DNA of 32,000 bases. Source: Promethearchaeota archaeon. GTDB taxonomy: Archaea > Asgardarchaeota > Lokiarchaeia > Sigyniarchaeales > SOKP01. How positions within the stretch are numbered: position 1 is the first letter of the stretch; each line of letters starts with the position of its first letter. A program made the translations under genes and the position numbers. The notes below the pieces were generated by a model, which had not been told where the DNA came from, did not search any database, and saw only the letters and a program-made list of their open reading frames with translations. The DNA is taken from positions 457,667-489,666 of the forward strand of contig JAUWGH010000002.1 in the NCBI GenBank assembly GCA_030606485.1, in the 5' to 3' direction. Positions 11,801 to 19,208 of this stretch are shown here, piece after piece.

Positions 11801-13876
11801 AACTATAGCGGCGTTGATTCTGATAATGATGGAATTGGTGATACCCCTTATTTAATTTATGTGACTGGAGCGCCAGAAGTCTATTATGATTATAAACCCC
11901 TTATGAATCCACCAAATATAGATACAGACGGAGATGGATTATTAAATTCAGAAGAATATGATTTAGGAAATGATGGATATCTAACAAATGTAACCAATCC
12001 AGATTCGGATTACGATGGATTAAGTGATTATGACGAATGGATAAATCTAGCAAATCCATGGGATAATGACACAGATAATGACAGTATGCCAGATGGATGG
12101 GAAGTTTTAAATAGTTTAAATGTTATAGATGGTAATGATAATATAACAGACGCAGATAACGATGGAATATCAAATCTTAACGAGTTTTTTTACGGGACCA
12201 ATCCTCAAATGGCGGATACAGATCTGGATGGAATGCCAGATGGATGGGAATTAGATAATTCTTTAAATTTATTTGCAAATGATGCCATGGAAGATCCTGA
12301 CCTAGATACAATACTAAATTATTACGAATACTTGAATGGAACAGATCCAAGGAACAACGATACAGAATTTGATGGGATGCCTGACGGATGGGAGATTAAT
12401 AACTCATTAGACCCTTTAAATAATGACGCTATGAGCGATGCGGATAACGATCAGTTGGAAAATATTTACGAATTTTTGAACGGGACAGACCCTCATAACG
12501 ACGATTCTGATGGTGATACTATACTAGATGGTATTGAGGTTGGTTTACACACAGATCCTTTAGACGGTTTCTGGTTTCCGATGCCAAATTTGAAAATTTC
12601 AAGTTTTAGTGTAAGTGATGTTTACGAGGGTCAGGCATTTATTTTAAATTTTACGATTACTAATAATGGTATCTGGAAAGCAAATGGGATTATACTTTCG
12701 ATTCGATGTGAAGCGCTGAATTTAACGCTATATGAAAATATGGCTGAGCCATTTGATTTAGAAGTTAACAAGTCAAAAAATTTCCTCATAGATTGTACCT
12801 CAATATCTACAGCTGGAATTTTTGTACTAACATTGGATCTCGATCCAGGAAATTTATTAAACGAAACCTATAGTTCTCCTGATGGTTCGTATCGTTCTGA
12901 TTGGACAGAGGACAATATAAAACAAATAGAAATGCAAATTATCGAGGGGGATGGAGGTATTGCAGTAGAGATGTTTATCATTGTTGTTTCTGTAGCAGGG
13001 GTTATTATTGGTATGATAGGTCTTACAATTTTAGTAAGACCAAAAATAAAAAAAATCATATATTCAAAAAACCAACGGAACAAAGCTAAAGCAGAACTCG
13101 AAGACTTCGAGTTTAAAGTTCGAAATTTTATAAGAGAACAACTGGAAGAATTCTACGGAGCAGAATGGTGGGAAAAAGGAATACCAGAATATATTAGATT
13201 AGGTGTAGAAAATAAAATAAGAACCGAACAAATTAAAGCGCCAAAAATGAAAGTTCAAAATATTAATTATCTCGACTTCAATCATTATTTTCTAATTATT
13301 AATGAAAAAGAAAATTGGGACAATATTTTTTCAGATGTTTTTCAAGATAAAAATAAACTCGCAGAAAATTTCGAGAATTTAAGAGTATTTAAGAACAATA
13401 TTTCTCAAAATGTAGCTACTTCCCAGGAAATAGATGCGTATCTGTTTTATATTTATGGCATAACAACCTTTTTTACTAAAGGTTTTAATGTATTTCTTAG
13501 TTATTCGACATTGGATTCAGAATATTTTCAAATCTCAGAGATCGTGTCCCGCCTTGAGACTTATCCAAAAATGGATAAGATTTTCTTTTGGGAAGCAGAT
13601 AGTGGAGAAAATATTGTTGAATATATGGAAAGGATTTTAAACATTAGCAAAGTGTTTGTTATGTTTTGTTCTGAAAACTCTATAAAATCAAAAGCGGTAG
13701 AAGATGAATGGCAAGCTGCTTTTCAATTAAGAAAAAAGGGATTGATGAAAATAGTACCCGTGTATGAAGATGACCAATTTATCCCTAAATTATTAATGCC
13801 ACTTTTAAATGTGAAATTTTCTAAAGACGATTTTGATGGGTTTATCGACAAACTCTATGAAGAAATATTAAGGTAA
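8807..13876 (+). CDS. Receptor-like protein: signal/anchor, NosD/CASH right-handed beta-helix, DxDxDG Ca-binding repeats, CARDB/Ig-like domain, TM helix, Swt1-type HEPN-like domain, TIR domain
   Basis: N-terminal KRKIRRK plus hydrophobic stretch; many GI-x-L...NN-x-I-xx-N repeats; DTDxDGMPDGWE repeats; PNLKIS...FTITNNG...LDPGNLLNET (CARDB-like); TM at ~12971-13036; EFKVRNFI...WWEKGIP...YLDF (Swt1-like); VFLSYS...FVMFCSENSIKSKAVEDEW...IVPV (TIR). Confidence 0.9.
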   Translation: MPDSKRKIRRKYVLSSIIIVFILFSCFYQIKNSYYYSSENYRPINTSNGHERIFIDGDATGVGAQNWTYALQQNWCTGSGTWDEPYIIENKRIDGQEIGNCIEIRDSIAYFQIKNCTLYNSSITTSGIQLTYVDNGIILSNNCSFNNGNGIDIFMCDNNTVINNTVSNNTLSGINLTTFSHDNNITGNLVKNNLKDGIKIGKELFSNCNDNILSNNSVISNDGNGISILSDYNDLLNNSVLYNKLNGIFLNQSRYGNIWKNNCSYNYDSGILIDRGDYNNISGNEISYNYKGIDISGLWFWEECLDNEISNNNIHNNRGGGIEQDYCKNTIISNNNFTNNKLYGGYNNNNTKIYKNTFENSGIYSHDSNYSVIYDNKINASDDYCININRAYYSNITGNTIYNGGIYYGGIRINECNSSILSNNTLDLNTKKGIYIYLSNHTTLTQNKMYNCGIKFEDSLESASTSNIDASNTINGNPVYFYYNKSNLKPINFTDAGQVIAIYCNDSILSNFNISSILSGISMHFCKNISISEVNISENDYGIYLSQCINITMNNITLSDNEYGIYLPNSNNTVISTITSLFNEYGIICYRNHNITINECNINYSEYGIISSACNNINLTGNTIVNCDYGIYTTSNRNVTLCSNRLFNCGVILNDVISNFLTYKINTSNKVNNKPLYFYTNKLGLKPFNFSNAGQIILVNCNNSRISDVKMSNCSRGVSLLSCKNISIYNVTSINNIDRGFYLGGGFNNTVQKCNFSYNLIGLYLGNTHNNTILETNTSHNTQVGIYISGSRNITLIGNRLSYDLVGIKLDNSYDCNLTDNNMKNCGIEIKESIDWETYSTNSIDTTNKVNGKDVYYYFNKTNLNSNDFINAGQVILVKCNDSLINNLNITNISNGIYMYYCNNHIISNCQITNNNYGIYLYFGNNFLLTGNTINRNFVGLSLISNNSTITQCDFIENNHSISGEGSNNLIYNNYIDGSAYLWPSNNWNNSYAGNYWSNYSGVDSDNDGIGDTPYLIYVTGAPEVYYDYKPLMNPPNIDTDGDGLLNSEEYDLGNDGYLTNVTNPDSDYDGLSDYDEWINLANPWDNDTDNDSMPDGWEVLNSLNVIDGNDNITDADNDGISNLNEFFYGTNPQMADTDLDGMPDGWELDNSLNLFANDAMEDPDLDTILNYYEYLNGTDPRNNDTEFDGMPDGWEINNSLDPLNNDAMSDADNDQLENIYEFLNGTDPHNDDSDGDTILDGIEVGLHTDPLDGFWFPMPNLKISSFSVSDVYEGQAFILNFTITNNGIWKANGIILSIRCEALNLTLYENMAEPFDLEVNKSKNFLIDCTSISTAGIFVLTLDLDPGNLLNETYSSPDGSYRSDWTEDNIKQIEMQIIEGDGGIAVEMFIIVVSVAGVIIGMIGLTILVRPKIKKIIYSKNQRNKAKAELEDFEFKVRNFIREQLEEFYGAEWWEKGIPEYIRLGVENKIRTEQIKAPKMKVQNINYLDFNHYFLIINEKENWDNIFSDVFQDKNKLAENFENLRVFKNNISQNVATSQEIDAYLFYIYGITTFFTKGFNVFLSYSTLDSEYFQISEIVSRLETYPKMDKIFFWEADSGENIVEYMERILNISKVFVMFCSENSIKSKAVEDEWQAAFQLRKKGLMKIVPVYEDDQFIPKLLMPLLNVKFSKDDFDGFIDKLYEEILR
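11921..12568 (+). repeat. Coding tandem repeats: thrombospondin type 3-like Ca-binding DxDxDG units
   Basis: About ten units such as DTDGDGLLNSEE, DTDNDSMPDGWE, DTDLDGMPDGWE, DSDGDTILDGIE, separated by GTNP/GTDP linkers. Confidence 0.85.
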
Positions 13877-14068
13877 AAATTTACAGTATTCTATTACAAT
13901 ACTTTTTGCTTCATTGGATTTTTATTTTATCCAAAATATGTAAGATTTTTATAATAAATCGACCAATATTTTCATAAATAAATAAAGCGATTTCAATAGG
14001 ATTTATATTAAGAAATCAAATGGGTATTTTACAATTGGAAATTAAGAAACTGATTTAAAAATGTTAAA

Positions 14069-14255
14069 AAATTAATAGATTATTATGAAGATGATTGGTG
14101 GGATAATGGGATTCGTAATTTGGAAAGTAGACAGTGGTGAAAGTGTTGTTAAATTGATGAAGGAAGCTTTAACCATAAGTTATGTGTTTATACTTTTTTG
14201 TTCAGAAAATTCAAAAAAGTCTGAGGCTGTAAAAGGTGAATGACAAGCAGTTTTT
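14069..14255 (+). pseudogene. Relic of a HEPN-TIR gene paralogous to the 3' end of the 1689-aa gene
   Basis: 14121-14255 reads WKVDSGESVVKLMKEALTISYVFILFCSENSKKSEAVKGE*QAVF, gap-free against WEADSGENIVEYMERILNISKVFVMFCSENSIKSKAVEDEWQAAF (26/45 identical), with TGA at 14241 in place of Trp. In another frame just upstream, KLIDYYEDDWWDNGI resembles QLEEFYGAEWWEKGI. Confidence 0.85.
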
Positions 14256-14299
14256 GATTATGGAGGAAATGGATAATTTTCCTATTTTACTGCCATTTT

Positions 14300-16816
14300 T
14301 TAAATATTCTCAAAGAATTTTAAAATTTCTTGCCCAAAAACTCTAGACATGATTTCCGCCATTCTTTTTTCATTTCTATAACTTCTAACTTGTTGAAGAT
14401 TTTTAAAATCATCCATTAATTCTTCTTCACATATTTTAGTATAATCTTCTATTTTTTTTGTTAAAGATTTTGAAGGTTTTTCAAAAAGAAAAAAGAATAT
14501 TCTAAAATCTTCTGTTCTAAAAGGAGTCATCGTTATAGCACCTCCTTCAGCGGATAGGATAGGAATCTCTCCAAATCCAATTTCACTAGCAAAACTTTGA
14601 ATTGCTGATAAAAGACCAGACATTAAATCACCTGGTTGAGATATATCTGAGAAATCCTTTTCATAGATACTTGCTCCATAAATATGTTGAATTAAAAGTT
14701 TTCGAAGATTTTCGATATCAGGATCAGTAGTAAATGGTTTTGTAAGAAACTCATGGATTTCTTCTGAAGTATTATTGATTACTTTAAATAGTCTTTTAGG
14801 TTTTTCAAGATGCTTAATGTTATTCTTTTCTAACCAATTTTTATCATTAATCAATTCTGATGCTTCGCGTCCACTATTTTTTATAATAGCCACTTGTGCT
14901 CCAAAAGCAATTGCCATTCGATATTCAAGTGCAGCAATTTTTCCTCCATTAATTCCAATTAATTTTACATTACTATGATCTAATCCAGATTTTAAAATAT
15001 CATACCAATATTGTAATGCTTCAAGAATACTAAAATCTGTTCCTATTGTTGAGTGAATCTTTTTATAACGTTCGTCAATCTTGATATCATAAGGTAGTAG
15101 ATGTGGAATGTATCCAATAGTTTTTATAGTTTCGGGATATTTTTCTTGAATATCACCAACAATTCTACAAATTCCTGATTTAGTACCTCCAGATATAATT
15201 GTTCCTTTAAAATCACAAAACCCATCAGTAAGAGTATTTTTGTAGTTTTGGAGCAGTTTTTCTAATCTTGCATCAGTCCCACCTGCTATAATTACAATGG
15301 GTTCTTTAAGATCATTTTCTTTTATTTCCATACAATTATCCAATTTCTTTAGAGCATCACTGTACATTTTTTGATTGTATGAGAGATTTTTATTAGGATG
15401 AAACAGTATCCCTAATAATAATAAACTTCTGATTAATTCAATCCCAGGCATTTGGTTATGAATATTTTTAAGTTCATCTAAAGTATTTAGAGTTGTATCA
15501 ATCATCCACATATTCTGACTATGATTTATTCCATTTAAGTAATAAATAAGACTGTCGTCTAACTTACCAAGAAAAAACGAAAAAAGTCCCATATCAAAAA
15601 ATGCCCAAGGTATCTCAACTTTAACTTCTATTTGATTTAATCTTCTTTCAATACCTTTTTGAATCAATTCTTTATTATATTTAATATGTTTTAAATTTCC
15701 AGTTTTCTGAATTTTCATTATTAGGTAATTTAATAAAGGATATGGATGCGAAGGATCAGCCTTTAAAGCTTTTTTGTAATATTTATATGCTTTTTCATAA
15801 TCTTTAAGAATTTTATAAGATCCACCTAAGGAAGCAAAAGCATCTGAATCCATTGGATTTTTTTCAACTGCTGTTTTCAAATATGATTGCCCCTCTACAT
15901 ATCTTGAACTTCTTGGATTATTTTTATTTTTTTTATATAATGCTATTCCAAGATCTCGTAAAACGGACGCTTGTTTTAAATCAGGATACTTTTTCCATTC
16001 ATCTATTTTTAAAATATTTTCAATAATCACTATAGTTTTATCCCATTCATTAATTGCCATTGCTAACTTAGCGATTTTATGAGCAATATCGAAATCGTTT
16101 TTATTCGCAGAATATACTAATTCTAATTTTTTTATCTCATCTTTAATTCTTTCATTGGACATGTAAGCTCCATAGCTAGATTCGTAATCACGCATTTTCT
16201 TTATTAGAGTATTTAAGGATATATCAGCAGTCTCTAAAAGCGCTTTTATTCGATTAAATTCTCGAATATATGGTTTAGGGATTTTAAATTCAGTTTTATA
16301 AAGACTTCCATATTTATTTACTTCCCAGCCATGTTGCAAGAAAGTACGTATTTGAATTTCTGCTTTTAAACCAAAAATTTCGTCGGGAACATGTAATTCT
16401 AATCTCTTATAGAGATCTGATTTGGGATTGAGTTCTACAATAAAATTTTTCAGTAATTCTTGAAGTTCTAATTTATCGGTTTTACTTTTTTCATTTTCTT
16501 CAATTATAATAAAATGTTTTTGCATTAACTTGCTGACAGTATTTAATTCGTCCAAATTGGGTAATATTATTTTTAATCCAATTAAATCATTCATTTCTTC
16601 AGTTACATTTGAATTATTTATATTTGAATTAAAAATTTCATCAATAAAACCATAAATAGTCTTTGTCTTTCCCTCAATCATGAATTCAGAAGAATAACTT
16701 CCAATAATATGAGTCAGAATTTTTTCTAATATTTCACAATATTGTTCATAAAGAGGAAGTGAGTAACAGTAAGAATTTATTTGACTTTTGATAAAATTAA
16801 GCGTTTTTTCATCCAT
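14300..16816 (-). CDS. Multidomain protein: degenerate RelA/SpoT-like nucleotidyltransferase, TPR repeats, SLOG-like domain, C-terminal longin-like domain
   Basis: DLIGLKII and EIQIRTFLQHGW...LYK (RelA/SpoT-like); TPRs such as DAFASLGGSYKILKDYEKAYKYYKKALKADP; IIAGGT, IISGGTKSG, GINGGKIAALEYRMA (SLOG-like); LLIQHIYGASIYEKDF...DLMSGLLSAIQSFASEIG (longin-like). Confidence 0.8.
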   Translation of the reverse strand: MDEKTLNFIKSQINSYCYSLPLYEQYCEILEKILTHIIGSYSSEFMIEGKTKTIYGFIDEIFNSNINNSNVTEEMNDLIGLKIILPNLDELNTVSKLMQKHFIIIEENEKSKTDKLELQELLKNFIVELNPKSDLYKRLELHVPDEIFGLKAEIQIRTFLQHGWEVNKYGSLYKTEFKIPKPYIREFNRIKALLETADISLNTLIKKMRDYESSYGAYMSNERIKDEIKKLELVYSANKNDFDIAHKIAKLAMAINEWDKTIVIIENILKIDEWKKYPDLKQASVLRDLGIALYKKNKNNPRSSRYVEGQSYLKTAVEKNPMDSDAFASLGGSYKILKDYEKAYKYYKKALKADPSHPYPLLNYLIMKIQKTGNLKHIKYNKELIQKGIERRLNQIEVKVEIPWAFFDMGLFSFFLGKLDDSLIYYLNGINHSQNMWMIDTTLNTLDELKNIHNQMPGIELIRSLLLLGILFHPNKNLSYNQKMYSDALKKLDNCMEIKENDLKEPIVIIAGGTDARLEKLLQNYKNTLTDGFCDFKGTIISGGTKSGICRIVGDIQEKYPETIKTIGYIPHLLPYDIKIDERYKKIHSTIGTDFSILEALQYWYDILKSGLDHSNVKLIGINGGKIAALEYRMAIAFGAQVAIIKNSGREASELINDKNWLEKNNIKHLEKPKRLFKVINNTSEEIHEFLTKPFTTDPDIENLRKLLIQHIYGASIYEKDFSDISQPGDLMSGLLSAIQSFASEIGFGEIPILSAEGGAITMTPFRTEDFRIFFFLFEKPSKSLTKKIEDYTKICEEELMDDFKNLQQVRSYRNEKRMAEIMSRVFGQEILKFFENI

Positions 16817-17218
16817 AAAATTCTCATCTTTTAGAATAAAATTTTTTAAATTTTAATTGAATCTCCTTTTTAATAAATCTTTAAGATATTATAAATTTCT
16901 TACAATATAATTGAGAATGACTAATTATTAAATCTTTTCTTCAAATGAAATCATGTAAATAACGCACTCTTAAGTATATATTTATGATATCCAAATAATA
17001 CATGTTTATGTTCTTTTTCTCCACATTTTTTCAGAAACTCGTAAACACGTTTAAGTTATGTTGAAAATATAAATAGCAAGAAATTTGATATCTTAAATAT
17101 TTTATAATTTCAGAAAGGAAATAAATTCTTAATCAACTCTTTTTTGGCAGAAATTTTTAAATGCCTACAATAAGTTGTAAATCCAATTTTTTTAGTGATT
17201 AAAAAGGATAAGAAGACC

Positions 17219-17252
17219 GAAATAAAAAAAAATTAAAAAAAAAAGTAAAAGT
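17219..17252 (-). terminator. Oligo(T) terminator-like tract on the minus strand
   Basis: Plus strand is almost pure A (gaaataaaaaaaaattaaaaaaaaaagtaaaag), i.e. long U runs downstream of the minus-strand GTPase gene and TIR relic. Confidence 0.4.
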
Positions 17253-17301
17253 TAAAAGCTCGAACTTTCAAGTCACCGTTTTAGTAAATTTCTTTAGCAT
17301 T

Positions 17302-17379
17302 CTACCATAGAAATTCCTTATAGAGTTTCTTAATAAACCAATCGAAATCATCTATAGTAAACTCAACATTTAAAAGCGG
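17302..17379 (-). pseudogene. Relic of a TIR gene C-terminus
   Basis: Reads PLLNVEFTIDDFDWFIKKLYKEFLW* against PLLNVKFSKDDFDGFIDKLYEEILR* of the 1689-aa protein: 17/25 identical, no gaps, same stop position. In-frame TAA at 17395-17397 upstream and no start codon. Confidence 0.8.
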
Positions 17380-17463
17380 CCAGAAAAAAAACTCTTAGAA
17401 CTAAAGAATGAATAAATGTTATTATTGATTGCAATACGGTTGTTTTTATTATTATGGTTATTA

Positions 17464-18024
17464 TTATTGTGAGATTGAACGAGACTTATTAAATTTATTA
17501 TATAACTCTTTAATAATTGCATGGAATCCTTGGGAAACTCGAGTCCCTGTTAATGCTGATGTTCTGTAATATCCAAGAAAGTTTCGCTTTTTTACTATTT
17601 TCAGAACCTTATTATCGTTTAAATTTTTCTCATCAACTAAATCAACTTTATTGCCAAATAATACGGTAGGTATATTGCCACAATAATTTTTAATATTATC
17701 ATGCCAATTCGTAATATGTTTAAAACTTTCTTGACCAAGATCATTTTCTTCAAGAGAATATACGATAATAGCAGCTTTACTCTCTTTATAGAAAGAGGGG
17801 CGTAAAAAATTAAAATCATCTTGTCCGGCTATATCCCAAAATAAAAGTTTGAAATAATTGCCATCTATTTCCTCTTCATAGCTAAAAAATTGCGCTCCTA
17901 TGGTTTTAATATATTCCTTTTGAAACCTACCTTTTGTAAATTTAGTAATTAATGATGTTTTTCCTACTGCTCCGTCTCCTACAACTGATATTTTAAATGT
18001 AAATTTATCGCCGCCTTTATTCAT
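17464..18024 (-). CDS. Rab/Ras-like small GTPase
   Basis: G1 GDGAVGKTS, G2 TIGAQF, G3 WDIAGQ, G4 GNKVDL, G5 TSAL. No C-terminal prenylation cysteines (ends SRSISQ). Confidence 0.95.
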   Translation of the reverse strand: MNKGGDKFTFKISVVGDGAVGKTSLITKFTKGRFQKEYIKTIGAQFFSYEEEIDGNYFKLLFWDIAGQDDFNFLRPSFYKESKAAIIVYSLEENDLGQESFKHITNWHDNIKNYCGNIPTVLFGNKVDLVDEKNLNDNKVLKIVKKRNFLGYYRTSALTGTRVSQGFHAIIKELYNKFNKSRSISQ

Positions 18025-18278
18025 TAAATTGCACTTTAAAAATTTTTTTATATAATATTTTGGTTATTTGTAAATAATTTAATTTTTTCTAAATTTAAAT
18101 TTGTTTCTTACATTGTTAACAAAAAATACAAAACAAAACTAAAAAATCATCAAAAACATAAGAAATCCATGAGTATAGAAGTTAAAAATCAGAATTAAAT
18201 AATTTTCAATAATAAAAGGACGAAAAAATTAAATGCTATAGAAATTGATATAGGTATAAAGCTTAAAGTGTTGATTTA

Positions 18279-19058
18279 ATGGTCGAAAAATTAGAAAGTA
18301 AAATGGAAGTCGTATTTGGATTTTTTGGTATAATTTTTTCTAATGTTTTTATACTTATGGCTGTATTTTTCACTCCAGGATATAATCCATTATTCAATAC
18401 TGTAAGTTCATTAGGGGAAGGACCAGCAAAATCATTATTCAGTATTGCTTTTGTAGTAGCTGGTACATTAGGTATTCCATTTTTCATATATCTCGAAAGA
18501 GAATTAACAAATATAAAAGAAAGTATTAGAAGACTTGCAACAGGTGTGTCAATATTTACATGTGTTTGTATTGCTTTAGTTGGAATAATTCCAGACGAGA
18601 CCTATCCTGCTATTTGGCTTGCATTTCATGGTTTTGTAGCGATGGTTAGTTTTATAGGAAACTGTATTTATATTGATCTTTACAGTTATTTATTTTATAA
18701 AGGTCTTAAATCTAAAATTTATACAGGTCCAAGATTTAAAAAATATCTAGCATACTTTGGTTTCAGTATCAGTATTGTGTTAATTACTTTAATAATTACG
18801 ATGCAACCAATAGTAGAATGGATATTGACTATACTTATACTTTTGTGGATTCTAATAACATCTTGTCAAATGATTATATTCAAATTTTTTAACATTCCAG
18901 GGATTTATTATCGACGATCTAAATATCCCGAAGCGCTAACCCGGTTTGAAGAGGCGCTCCAGATTTTAGATCGACTTGATATGAGTGAAGATCCAATAGC
19001 AAAAACTCTAAAAAAAAATATTGAATTTCTAAAGAGTGAATTGGAAAAAAAAACATAA
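18279..19058 (+). CDS. DUF998-like membrane protein with a C-terminal TPR-like tail
   Basis: TPGYNPLFNTVSSLG motif, about 6 TM segments with WLAFHGFVA; soluble tail GIYYRRSKYPEALTRFEEALQI. Confidence 0.7.
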   Translation: MVEKLESKMEVVFGFFGIIFSNVFILMAVFFTPGYNPLFNTVSSLGEGPAKSLFSIAFVVAGTLGIPFFIYLERELTNIKESIRRLATGVSIFTCVCIALVGIIPDETYPAIWLAFHGFVAMVSFIGNCIYIDLYSYLFYKGLKSKIYTGPRFKKYLAYFGFSISIVLITLIITMQPIVEWILTILILLWILITSCQMIIFKFFNIPGIYYRRSKYPEALTRFEEALQILDRLDMSEDPIAKTLKKNIEFLKSELEKKT

Positions 19059-19208
19059 AATGAAATTTTAAAAGTGTCAATTTAACATTCTTTTGGAAAT
19101 ACCTTTTAATCTATATTATAAAGAGAGATTTTTTTAAATATATTAATCTCATTTTAAGTGATAAATCATAAAAAATGAAATTATTATAATATAATAGATT
19201 TGAAAATA

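Noticed and set aside
11921-12568. Repeat cluster as a CRISPR array or non-coding repeat
   Set aside because: The repeats are in frame, diverge at synonymous sites and encode DxDxDG Ca-binding units.
13877-14068. Possible eroded TM-coding part of the HEPN-TIR relic (FIGFLFYPKYVRF; KLRN vs KVRN)
   Set aside because: Similarity too short and low-complexity to support by eye; needs tblastn.
16950-17060. Protein-like minus-strand stretch LKRVYEFLKKCGEKEHKHVLF (possible ferritin-like ExxH relic)
   Set aside because: No start, short, flanked by stops; the motif is too common to mean anything.
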